DNA of 64,000 nucleotides from Chlamydiota bacterium (GTDB taxonomy: Bacteria; Chlamydiota; Chlamydiia; Chlamydiales; JAAZZY01): the NCBI GenBank assembly GCA_022601335.1, contig JAJACV010000049.1, positions 1,176 to 65,175 of the forward strand, given 5' to 3'. Under the pieces are notes generated by a model. The model saw nothing but the letters and a program-made list of their open reading frames with translations, had not been told where the DNA came from and did no database searches. Shown in pieces: positions 8,598 through 17,039 of this stretch (positions are counted from its first letter, which is position 1; every line of letters starts with the position of its first letter). A program made the translations under genes and the position numbers.

Positions 8598-9935
8598 ATG
8601 CCGGCATTAGCCCCAATTCAAACCGATTTTCAGGTCATTTTTTCAGATGAGAAAAAACTACAAGAAATAGTAGCTCCCTATTCAAAAGCTGATGTAACTG
8701 AATTTTTTCAAAATAAATACGGGATTTCTATAGAAATTAATCCAAACCTTTCTGAGGAAACACCGAGAGTCACCGAAAAAAACTCACTTCCAAATCTCTT
8801 TTTTGAAACAGTTTATCAAGATGAAGATTTAACCGTATTTTATCCCGATTCTCCTCGTGTTCCACATCAACTCAGCGTGGTCTTGAATCGCCAAGTTAAG
8901 GGAGTTCAAAATCTAACTTCTCAAGAAAATTTGAAACTGTACCACCTAATTAAGAGAGTAAATGAGATTTATGTGAATCAACTAGACTTAGATGGGTTTG
9001 TTTTAGCTCAGTATTCAGATCCTCAGGAAAGACACCACAATCGCACTGTCATTGAACTTTTACCTCATCAGCCAGGTTTTAATAATTGTCGAAATTTTTT
9101 AGACAAAGCTGATTCTAATCGTTATGTATTATTTGGAGATCAATCATTAACCTCTCTGGACCTATCCCTTTCTGAAGAAGAAAAAGATATGCAAATTTCT
9201 TTTTGGAAGAGAGAGTTGAATAAAGATCAGGAAAAAATTTCAGATGATAAATTACGTCTATCTTATCCTTACGAAACTTTTGATACCCAAGCAGAAGAAT
9301 TACAATCTTTTGTTGTGTCAAATATAGTTAAACTCTTCGAAAATGCGGGAGCTCAAATTATCAGCAGCTCTGAACATCAATTCTCCTATGCACTAAACAG
9401 CAAAACAGAGCATAAAGCTCGCCAAGTATTTGATTGCGCTTTTTGTAGAGATCAAGTGATTAATAGACAAAAAGTTTTAGAGTACAAAGATGCTTATGTA
9501 CTTTATAACTTCAGAAAAATGCCCCATGCGGCTTCTAGTTTTTTGATTCTCCCTAAGGAGCATTTAGAAAAAATGTATTTACTCTCAGATGAAAAAGTCC
9601 ACACTCTTTCACTTTTGAAAAAGGCTCTTATTAATGTTCTAAAAAATAAATTTCCAGATTTTGAAGTGGTTGTCTACAATCAGGACTCTCCATCAGTGGG
9701 TCAAACCGTCTTTCATACCCATGATCAGGTCGTTGCGATTGATCCAAAAAAAGTTCCTTTTTATTGGTCGATGATGTCCTTAGCTTATAACCCAAATAAT
9801 GTATCAGGTGGAGTGTCTGAGGATGAAATGTCTACTGTTACACAAGAAATAGGAGAGCTTTTGAATGCTGAGGTCCTCAGACTAGAAAGTGAAGAAAATC
9901 ACCATTCCACTCAAGAGGCGTTTGATTATTTTTAG
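8598..9935 (+). CDS. Tandem HIT-fold protein (degenerate N-terminal repeat, C-terminal repeat with an HxHxQ motif)
   Basis: The C-half has CAFC...LILPKEH...GQTVFHTHDQVV. The N-half has the same fold pattern (DLTVFYPDSPRVPHQLSVVL...) but lacks the His triad. Confidence 0.6.
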   Translation: MPALAPIQTDFQVIFSDEKKLQEIVAPYSKADVTEFFQNKYGISIEINPNLSEETPRVTEKNSLPNLFFETVYQDEDLTVFYPDSPRVPHQLSVVLNRQVKGVQNLTSQENLKLYHLIKRVNEIYVNQLDLDGFVLAQYSDPQERHHNRTVIELLPHQPGFNNCRNFLDKADSNRYVLFGDQSLTSLDLSLSEEEKDMQISFWKRELNKDQEKISDDKLRLSYPYETFDTQAEELQSFVVSNIVKLFENAGAQIISSSEHQFSYALNSKTEHKARQVFDCAFCRDQVINRQKVLEYKDAYVLYNFRKMPHAASSFLILPKEHLEKMYLLSDEKVHTLSLLKKALINVLKNKFPDFEVVVYNQDSPSVGQTVFHTHDQVVAIDPKKVPFYWSMMSLAYNPNNVSGGVSEDEMSTVTQEIGELLNAEVLRLESEENHHSTQEAFDYF

Positions 9936-10043
9936 ATCTCATTTTTTAAATAAATCACTATTATTTAAAAAATGCTAAAATACTTAAAAAATTAAACAGA
10001 GCTTGCCTCTTTCGAGGCTGTTTTGTTATCATCTTTCCTCTTT

Positions 10044-10126
10044 GCGGACGTGGCGAAATGGTAGACGCGCTAGCTTGAGGGGCTAGTGGGAGCAATCCTG
10101 TGGGAGTTCAAGTCTCCCCGTTCGCA
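10044..10126 (+). tRNA. tRNA-Leu (anticodon GAG), class II with a long variable arm; CCA not encoded
   Basis: Hand-folded cloverleaf. Acceptor GCGGACG/CGTTCGC, anticodon stem CTAGC/GCTAG with loop TTGAGGG, T-arm GGGAG TTCAAGT CTCCC. Confidence 0.95.
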
Positions 10127-10196
10127 TTCTTACATTGCCACTTATTTCTAATTCTTGTACACCTCAGTGCTGAGTTATGATACTGCTGGATTTTTC

Positions 10197-10853
10197 ATGT
10201 TACAGCTATACTACTGGTTTAAGGGTGTTTTAATTGGTTTTTTGGTTTCCGCTCCTATTGGCCCTGTAGGCATTTTATGCATTAAAAGGGTTATTAATAG
10301 AGGTGTTTTTCAAGGCTTTGCTACGGGGCTTGGGGCCTCTTTAGGCGACGGTTTTTACTCTGCTTTAGCAGCTTTTGGTTTGACATTTGTTTTGAATTTT
10401 CTCATCAGAGAAGAGTTTTGGTTTCGTTTAATCGGAGGTCTCGTTCTTATTGGGATTGGAATTCTTTGGTTGCTCAAGAAGAATAAATATGAGGGATTTA
10501 AAAAAAATCCACAGAAATCACGCCATGTAGGAGAAGCCTTTACAACAGCTTTTTTACTTAATTTAGCAAATCCCGTTACGCTACTAGTTTACTTGGCTCT
10601 TTTTTCAGGATTTGGGTTAGCGAATGCAAGTGCACATATCTTTTCAGCTTTTTCACTAGTTTTAGGAGTCATTATGGGAGCCGCTGCCTGGTGGTTTCTC
10701 CTTGTTGAAGTCGTAGCTCTTTTTAGAAAAAAACTCACAGAAAAATCTTTTGAGGTTTTAAATAAAATTACAGCGGACCTTGTGATTGCTTTTGGGTTAT
10801 TTGTCTTGTTAACAACTGTTTTTCATATTAAAATTTTTGGACAATCCTTTTAA
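10197..10853 (+). CDS. LysE/RhtB family amino-acid efflux protein
   Basis: Multi-TM protein whose N-terminal pattern GFLVSAPIGPVGILCIKR...GLGASLGD is typical of LysE-type translocators. The ATG at 10197 is preferred to the TTG at 10155. Confidence 0.8.
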   Translation: MLQLYYWFKGVLIGFLVSAPIGPVGILCIKRVINRGVFQGFATGLGASLGDGFYSALAAFGLTFVLNFLIREEFWFRLIGGLVLIGIGILWLLKKNKYEGFKKNPQKSRHVGEAFTTAFLLNLANPVTLLVYLALFSGFGLANASAHIFSAFSLVLGVIMGAAAWWFLLVEVVALFRKKLTEKSFEVLNKITADLVIAFGLFVLLTTVFHIKIFGQSF

Positions 10854-10882
10854 CCTAAAATTTTTCTATAGGAGTCTTAACT

Positions 10883-11833
10883 ATGAAAAAACTTTGTTTT
10901 TACTGTTTTACCTTTTTAAGTCTTTGTGTTTTTAACACAAGCTTATCTTGTGAATCCCATGCCTCTTTATCTGAGAGTCAAACACCCCTGCCTATTGTGC
11001 GCTCAGAGCTATTAATCTCTGAGGACCTAAAATTTTCAGCGCCTTTTAGAGATTTATTAACTCTTATGGATATTTCTCCAAACTTAGATATTCCGAATGT
11101 TGTAAAAGAAACGCAAAACCAATGGTTTGCTAGAAAAGAGCGTTGGTTAATAGAGGATACTCTTGCGGAGAAAAGGGCAGAGGCCTTGCCTCTCTTAGAT
11201 CAACTAGGCTGTTTAAAAAAAATAGACCCAGTTAAAAAGCAATATGATCAAGCTGTTCTTTTAGGATCGACAGTTTATGGAATGCGTCCTAAAATTAAGC
11301 AATTAGTTTCTCTTTGGAATCAAGGAGTTCGGTTTGAAAAAATTATATTTTTAGGAGCTGATTGCATCCATGATTTAAATAGAGAATTACCTCGCCTAAT
11401 GAATTTGGATTACTCTGGTTATCCTTTTAAAAGTAATTGGGAAAAACCTGAAAAGTTGCCTCAAACAGAAATGGAGATGATGAAGTGCGCCTGGGATCAA
11501 ACAGAAATTCCAGAGAGTATGAAGAATGTACCAGTAGTTTTTATTTCGACTCCAATGCAGCAGAAACCAGATGGATCTTTAAGACGGGCAAATACAAAAG
11601 ATACTTTAGTCTCTTGGGTTGAACACGAAGATACATTTGAGAAAAATTGTCTCTTTTTTTCGATACAACCCTATGTTGGCTACCAAGATACTGTTATAAG
11701 GTCTATTGTTCCAGCATCTGTAAATATTGAAACAGTGGGTTTGTCTGGCAATGAAAACCTGCCTTTAAACGTTCACCTAGATAATTTAGCTAAATGGCTC
11801 TACTCAGAAGCTAAAATGCAAAATCTCTATTAA
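10883..11833 (+). CDS. Secreted hypothetical protein (weak YdcF/DUF218-like pattern)
   Basis: Clear N-terminal signal peptide. The central AVLLGSTVYGMRP...IIFLG pattern is reminiscent of DUF218 but is not diagnostic. Confidence 0.45.
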   Translation: MKKLCFYCFTFLSLCVFNTSLSCESHASLSESQTPLPIVRSELLISEDLKFSAPFRDLLTLMDISPNLDIPNVVKETQNQWFARKERWLIEDTLAEKRAEALPLLDQLGCLKKIDPVKKQYDQAVLLGSTVYGMRPKIKQLVSLWNQGVRFEKIIFLGADCIHDLNRELPRLMNLDYSGYPFKSNWEKPEKLPQTEMEMMKCAWDQTEIPESMKNVPVVFISTPMQQKPDGSLRRANTKDTLVSWVEHEDTFEKNCLFFSIQPYVGYQDTVIRSIVPASVNIETVGLSGNENLPLNVHLDNLAKWLYSEAKMQNLY

Positions 11834-12522
11834 ATATTTATTTCACTTAATTGACCATAGAGCGCTCTTATTTTCTCTTTCAAATCAGAAGAAATTTTTT
11901 GTTGCGAAAGAGCTATAAAAGAGCGCTCTTTGACTATAGAAAGTAGATAGCCAAGTTCTTCGGAAGTAAAAGGAAGCTGCTTTTGAGGGGCACATTTTTG
12001 GCAAAAATAATCTTTAAAACAAAAATAAAGATGGGACGGCTTGATATGACAGCGAGAACAGTGAGACTGCAGGGTTAAGCATCCTTCAAGCAAAAGAACT
12101 TTCAGATAAAAACTGGAAATAAGGGCAATCGGGTTTGAGGAAGTCAAAAGTTGCTTGAGGTATAACTTAAGCAAGTTAAAAAGGTCCATTGAGGGAGTGG
12201 AATCTAATTGAGTTTTTGAAATGGCCTCAAGCAAATCAAAAGCGGTTGTTAAATGATCGTAGGAATTGCGTAAGCCTAAAAAAGAATCCAAGAGCCTGCC
12301 CTCACAAAAGGTGTAAAAATCACCTCGTCTTTTCTTTAAAACATATGTGGCGTAGGTCAGAGGCTCACAAAGAGAAAATTTGTTACCCTTGAGTCTATTG
12401 GCCCCTTTGACAAATAGCTTAATTTGTCCCATCTCTTTTGAAAATAGAGTCACAATGCGATCGTAGTCTTTAAAGGCTATCGAAGAGAGGACAAAAGCAT
12501 CTGTAATGAGTTCTTGAGTCAT
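11830..12522 (-). CDS. recO: DNA repair protein RecO
   Basis: N-terminal OB-fold pattern DAFVLSSIAFKDYDRIVTLFSKEMGQIKLFVKGA and a C-terminal Cys cluster (CSRC...CQKC). Confidence 0.85.
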   Translation of the reverse strand: MTQELITDAFVLSSIAFKDYDRIVTLFSKEMGQIKLFVKGANRLKGNKFSLCEPLTYATYVLKKRRGDFYTFCEGRLLDSFLGLRNSYDHLTTAFDLLEAISKTQLDSTPSMDLFNLLKLYLKQLLTSSNPIALISSFYLKVLLLEGCLTLQSHCSRCHIKPSHLYFCFKDYFCQKCAPQKQLPFTSEELGYLLSIVKERSFIALSQQKISSDLKEKIRALYGQLSEINI

Positions 12523-12677
12523 ATATCATCATATTAAACTAAAAGATTTTAAAAATCCTCTACTTCCTAAGTCATGTTTCGTAAGCTATGTGTTTAGCTT
12601 GTTTTTAATCAATACTTTACAAAAAAATAGAAGCTGCGTTTCAATCTATGGGAAGAAATCAAATTTAAAGAGGATTT

Positions 12678-13349
12678 ATGGCATCTATACAGAACGAATT
12701 ATCAATTTATCGTTTTCATGTGAGAGATTCTTTAGATGAAACACAACCAGCGACTCATCCAGAGTATCTCTCTTGGACTAAAAAGCTCCCAGAAAGCCAT
12801 GATGCATCCCAAGAATACACGGCTATTAATATTCGAGATTTAGAAGATCCAAGAAATGTTTCAGGTGGCCAGTTACAGATTAAAGTTAAATCAGTTCCCC
12901 TAGATCTACCCCAAAGGATCGTATATTTCACAAATTTTACTATTGGGCCTCAACCGCACGTGCACCTATTGACCCCAGGAAAGGTTTTTTGCATTTCTGC
13001 TGATAATTATTACTTGGAGAAAATCGATATAGAGATGAGCGAGGGAAGTGTCACAAAAGTGACCGGATTATGTGTCTCAGAATATCTTACAAATCCTCTC
13101 AAGGGCCTGGTAGAGTTTTCCTTATGCAAGGAGGGAGCCTGTGAAGATAGTGAAGGTGATAAGTTTGATGTTTCTGAACAAAAGCGATTAGAAAGTAGAA
13201 CTGTTTTTGGCGAAGGTGTAACAGATATCTCCACACCGCTCAGATCAAGAGTGAGTTCTTTGCCATTATCGGGTAGAGATAGAAATATCAATGGAGAAGA
13301 GAGTGACAAAAAACTTAATACAGCTTTCCTCTCAAATGAAAGTTTTTAA
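12678..13349 (+). CDS. Hypothetical protein
   Basis: Long ORF with a plausible RBS (AAAGAGGA) upstream of the ATG. No motif recognised. Confidence 0.4.
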   Translation: MASIQNELSIYRFHVRDSLDETQPATHPEYLSWTKKLPESHDASQEYTAINIRDLEDPRNVSGGQLQIKVKSVPLDLPQRIVYFTNFTIGPQPHVHLLTPGKVFCISADNYYLEKIDIEMSEGSVTKVTGLCVSEYLTNPLKGLVEFSLCKEGACEDSEGDKFDVSEQKRLESRTVFGEGVTDISTPLRSRVSSLPLSGRDRNINGEESDKKLNTAFLSNESF

Positions 13350-13453
13350 CATAAATGACTCTTTAAAAAAAAATATTTATTAAGCTGAAAAAGGCGATTA
13401 ATCTGGGAAAAAACTTACCCGGATGATAAAATGTCTCTTCTATCAATACTCTT

Positions 13454-13527
13454 GCACCGATAGCTCAATTGGATAGAGTTCCCGGCTTCGAACCGGGCGG
13501 TTAGAGGTTCGAATCCTCTTCGGTGCA
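13454..13527 (+). tRNA. tRNA-Arg (anticodon TCG); CCA not encoded
   Basis: Hand-folded cloverleaf. Acceptor GCACCGA/TCGGTGC, anticodon stem CCCGG/CCGGG with loop CTTCGAA, T-arm AGAGG TTCGAAT CCTCT. Confidence 0.95.
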
Positions 13528-13683
13528 TTTATTTCGTTAATTTCTATTTAGCTGACATTCCGTAAGCTTTTTAAACTTTGGTTAAAAAAATTGCCCATCT
13601 GTGTTGTTCAACAAGTATTTTTTGAATCGAGGTTTTAGGCTAGCTTTCACAAAATGATGAATGATTATTTAATTATTTTTATA

Positions 13684-13749
13684 GTGCAATTGGTGCAATT
13701 GTGTTAGGGTTGGTGTTATATGAAATATAATGGTGCAATTGGTGCAATT
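13684..13749. repeat. Two copies of the 17-nt GTGCAATTGGTGCAATT (each a tandem of GGTGCAATT-like 9-mers) bracketing a TATAAT box and the candidate start codons; operator-like
   Basis: Identical 17-mers lie at 13684-13700 and 13733-13749. TATAAT is at 13726-13731. Candidate ATGs are at 13720 and 13750. Confidence 0.8.
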
Positions 13750-15090
13750 ATGGCAAGAGAGAAGTTTTTTGATGAAAGAGAATCTAAGGTATTAGAATTT
13801 AAATCTTCACTACCCAAGTTTGAAGTTTTAATAAAAACTTGTATAGCATTTGCCAACGGTGTCGGAGGGCGTATTGTAATTGGAGTCGAAGATATCACGC
13901 GAGAAATATGTGGCATTAATGAAAAAGTGAGAAACAGAATTTATGATGATTTTCCAAACAGCCTATTTGATTCGACAAGTCCAGGCCTTTTAGCGCAAAT
14001 TTATGAGAAAAATTTTGATGAGCGATCTGTTATTATCATACAAATACCTTCAATTCTTAAAAAGCCTTGTTTTAATCGAAAAGAGGGCTTGCCCAAAGGG
14101 GTTTATCTAAGAGTTGGTTCTAGTACTAGACGTGCTACAGAAGAATATGTAGAAGATTTAATGAGAGAGTCAAGGAGAATGAGCTATGATGAAGAATCTC
14201 TTCATTTATCGATCAAAATTTTTTCCAATGAATTATTGAGTTTCTTTTTTGGTCAGACACAAACAAAAAGACGTTTAATATCTGAAAAAGTCATCGTACA
14301 ATCTTCAGCTAATTCAGAGATATTTTTCCCCACCGTGGCTGGAGTCATGCATTTTTGTGACAATCCCGAAGAGTATATTCCAGAAGCATCTATTTTATGC
14401 ACTCATTTTGAGGGAGTTAAAGGGAGAAATATCATTCAAACTCAAGAAATTACGGGAAATTTGGAACAACAAGCAACCACCAGCTTAAAATTAATTGAGT
14501 CTTGGATTTCCCGGAAGTTTACTCTTCAGGGAGTTAAGTTGGCTTCTAAACCAATAATTCCTCACTCTGCTTTAAGAGAGGCCGTAATAAACGCGCTTAT
14601 CCACAGAAAATATTTTATTCCCGGGTCTATAAAAATTGCATTATATGACGATCGTGTAGAAATTTTTAGTCCGGGGAGCTTTCCAGGCCTAGTTGATGTG
14701 AATCATCTTGGGGATGGGACTACTTTTCTTCGCAATCCGAATATTGCTAGATTAGCTCGTAAACTAGGGCTTGTTGAAAAAATGGGAACAGGTATAAGGC
14801 TTATTTTTGATAGTTGTAAAAAAGCAGGGTTGCGAATTCCAGAATTTCATGAAGAAGGAGACTTTGTAAAACTAATCTTTTTTGTTCAGCCCTCAAAGCA
14901 CCCTCAAACAAGCGATGAAGAATCTATTTTAGAACTCGCTAAAATAAGGACAGATTTAAGTATATCAGAAATAATGAATTATCTAGGTGTCTCGAGGAAT
15001 ACAGCAACTAGAAAGCTGAATCTTTTGATTGTGCAGAAAAAGCTAATAAGAACTGGAAAAGGGCCCTCTGTTAGATATAATCTAGCGTGA
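13720..15090 (+). CDS. AlbA_2 (Schlafen-like) plus HATPase_c_4 plus C-terminal wHTH protein (putative ATP-dependent DNA-binding protein)
   Basis: N-terminal ESKVLEFKSSLP...IAFANGVGGRIVIGVED is the AlbA_2 signature. The central part is ALREAVINALIHRKY...VEIFSPGSFPG, and the C-terminal part is LSISEIMNYLGVSRNTATRKLN. The true start may be the ATG at 13750. Confidence 0.7.
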   Translation: MKYNGAIGAIMAREKFFDERESKVLEFKSSLPKFEVLIKTCIAFANGVGGRIVIGVEDITREICGINEKVRNRIYDDFPNSLFDSTSPGLLAQIYEKNFDERSVIIIQIPSILKKPCFNRKEGLPKGVYLRVGSSTRRATEEYVEDLMRESRRMSYDEESLHLSIKIFSNELLSFFFGQTQTKRRLISEKVIVQSSANSEIFFPTVAGVMHFCDNPEEYIPEASILCTHFEGVKGRNIIQTQEITGNLEQQATTSLKLIESWISRKFTLQGVKLASKPIIPHSALREAVINALIHRKYFIPGSIKIALYDDRVEIFSPGSFPGLVDVNHLGDGTTFLRNPNIARLARKLGLVEKMGTGIRLIFDSCKKAGLRIPEFHEEGDFVKLIFFVQPSKHPQTSDEESILELAKIRTDLSISEIMNYLGVSRNTATRKLNLLIVQKKLIRTGKGPSVRYNLA

Positions 15091-15114
15091 ATAGAAATTT
15101 CAGATTTATCTGGT

Positions 15115-15132
15115 GGTTCGAATCCTCTTCGG
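15115..15132 (+). repeat. Direct repeat of the 3' part of tRNA-Arg (att-like scar)
   Basis: GGTTCGAATCCTCTTCGG at 15115-15132 is identical to 13506-13523 inside tRNA-Arg(TCG). Confidence 0.85.
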
Positions 15133-15202
15133 CGCGTTTTTCTTTATTTTAATTCCCTTGTTTTAGTAATGTGATGCCTCAAGTAATACAATAAGAGGTT
15201 CC

Positions 15203-15817
15203 ATGTTTTCTAAAGAAGAGGCTCAAAGTTATAATATCTCTATTACAGGTCGGCATGTTTTAGTCACAGATGCTATGAAGACATACGCACATGAAAAACT
15301 ATCTAAAATAGAGCAGTTTTCAAAAGAGATTATTGATATTCACATGACCATGGATATACAAAGACAAGAGCATCGTGTCGATATTCTTGTTTCAGTAGGA
15401 CATTTTGTTATAAAAACTCACGCATCTACCCAGGACATGTATGCTTCTATAGATAAATCTGTAGATAAGCTGCTTGCAAGACTTAAGCGTTATAAATCTA
15501 AAATGCAAGAGCACCATGAAAAGAAACTATCCACGGTTGAGCTTGAAGTAAGTGTCGTTCGAAGCGCTTTTTCGAATGAAGATGAAATCAATGATGCCAT
15601 TGAAGATGAAAATTATAAACACCTTGAAGAAGATTTTAATCATCAAATTGTAAAAACTGAAGTCCTTCCAATGAAAATGCTTACTGCTAATGAAGCTGTT
15701 ATGAAAATGGATTTATCGGGGGATACCTTTTTAGTGTATCGTTCTGAAGAGGAGCAAAAAATTAAAGTTATTTACAGAAGAAAAAGTGGTGATTATGGGG
15801 TCATTACACCGGATTAA
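15203..15817 (+). CDS. hpf: Ribosome hibernation promoting factor, long form
   Basis: The N-terminal ITGRHVLVTDAMKTYAHEKL pattern is typical of the RaiA/HPF sigma-54 modulation protein family. A C-terminal dimerisation extension is also present. Confidence 0.9.
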   Translation: MFSKEEAQSYNISITGRHVLVTDAMKTYAHEKLSKIEQFSKEIIDIHMTMDIQRQEHRVDILVSVGHFVIKTHASTQDMYASIDKSVDKLLARLKRYKSKMQEHHEKKLSTVELEVSVVRSAFSNEDEINDAIEDENYKHLEEDFNHQIVKTEVLPMKMLTANEAVMKMDLSGDTFLVYRSEEEQKIKVIYRRKSGDYGVITPD

Positions 15818-15819
15818 AC

Positions 15820-16488
15820 ATGTTTAAACATCGTGATATAGAAATTTACTGGCTTAAGCATGCTGGGTTCAAAATTAAAAACAAAGATGGCGTTCTCTAC
15901 ATAGATCCTTTTCAGTTGACTAGGGAGCAGGAGAAGGCGGATGTAATTATTTTGTCTCATACGCATGCCGATCATTTAGATCCTGTCTCACTGCAAGCAA
16001 TTTCTAAGAAAGAAACGACTATTTTCTGTTCTCAGGATGCTCCGGAAAAGCTCGCTGAAATGGTACAAGTCGATGCTGTTATGGCCATGCATCCTGATGA
16101 GGAAAAAATTTTTGGCCATCTGAAAATTCATACCTACCCAGCCTATAATTTAGATAAGCCCTTCCACCCCAAAGAAAGTGGCTGGCTCGGCTTTGTAATT
16201 GAAATGGAAGGGACTCGGATCTATTTTTCTGGAGACACGGATTCTTTAGAAGAATTAGAAAAAGTGCAGTGCGATATTGCTCTTTTACCCGTCTCCGGAA
16301 TTTATGTTATGACAGCAGATCAAGCTGCAGCCTTTGCAAATAAAATAAAGCCCAAAGTGGTCTCTATTCCTATGCACTGGGGGACGCTCATAGATGATCA
16401 AAATAGAAAAGTAGGGACCCTAGAAGATGCACAGAAATTTTGTGATCTCTGTGAGGGCCCTAGTCAAATACTTCCTACAAACGCATGA
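15820..16488 (+). CDS. MBL-fold metallo-hydrolase (UPF0173-like)
   Basis: The HxHxDH motif ILSHTHADHLD. The start lies 2 nt after the hpf stop. Confidence 0.85.
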   Translation: MFKHRDIEIYWLKHAGFKIKNKDGVLYIDPFQLTREQEKADVIILSHTHADHLDPVSLQAISKKETTIFCSQDAPEKLAEMVQVDAVMAMHPDEEKIFGHLKIHTYPAYNLDKPFHPKESGWLGFVIEMEGTRIYFSGDTDSLEELEKVQCDIALLPVSGIYVMTADQAAAFANKIKPKVVSIPMHWGTLIDDQNRKVGTLEDAQKFCDLCEGPSQILPTNA

Positions 16489-17039
16489 TTCAAACCCTTT
16501 TTATAGCTTGCCTCAGTGCTTTAGCTGGCGCCTACTTATTTTATTGGGTAGCACGGCTTTTTTTAAGATTAAAATTGAAAAAACGCTTTGGTCGTGCCAG
16601 CCTCGGGGAAAAAGAAGCCGAAGAAATTTTACTTGAAAAAGGTTATAAAATAGAAGAGAGGCAAACCTCTTCAAAGTTGTCCATGTGGGTGAATGGCCTA
16701 GAGCATTCCTATCTTGTGAGGCCCGATGCTTTTGCTATAAAAGAGAATAAACGCTACCTGGTAGAAGTTAAAACAGGAAAACTAGCAACTAATCCAAAAC
16801 ATGCTCCTACTAGGAGACAGCTTTTAGAATACTTTCATGGGTTTGATGTGGAAGGTGTCTTACTCGTCGATGCAGACCAAAAGGCGATTCATCAAGTCCA
16901 TTTTACACCTCTTAAAATGGAAGTAGCTCAAGAAAGTTTTGTAGAATCTCCTCTGCCCTCACCTAAAAAATTTAAAGTGTTTTTAGCTTTTTCAATAGGG
17001 CTAATTTTTGCCTTTTTGTTAGGGGCTCTATGGCGTTGA
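16485..17039 (+). CDS. Membrane-anchored PD-(D/E)xK (RecB-like) nuclease-fold protein
   Basis: TM helices at both termini. The core is GEKEAEEILLEKGY...RPDAF...LVEVKTGK...RRQLLEY, i.e. D, ExK and QxxxY motifs. ATGA overlap with the upstream gene. Confidence 0.5.
   Translation: MIQTLFIACLSALAGAYLFYWVARLFLRLKLKKRFGRASLGEKEAEEILLEKGYKIEERQTSSKLSMWVNGLEHSYLVRPDAFAIKENKRYLVEVKTGKLATNPKHAPTRRQLLEYFHGFDVEGVLLVDADQKAIHQVHFTPLKMEVAQESFVESPLPSPKKFKVFLAFSIGLIFAFLLGALWR

Noticed and set aside
10004-10030. A GCCTC-TTTC-GAGGC hairpin plus T-rich tract after the HIT gene as a terminator
   Set aside because: The stem is only 5 bp and the T-tract is interrupted. It is plausible but too weak to list as a feature.
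15100-15140. The tRNA-like fragment after the islet as a second, functional tRNA gene
   Set aside because: Only the T-arm and 3' acceptor portion is present. No D-arm, anticodon arm or pairing 5' acceptor strand can be found upstream, because the coding sequence of the islet gene runs up to 15090.
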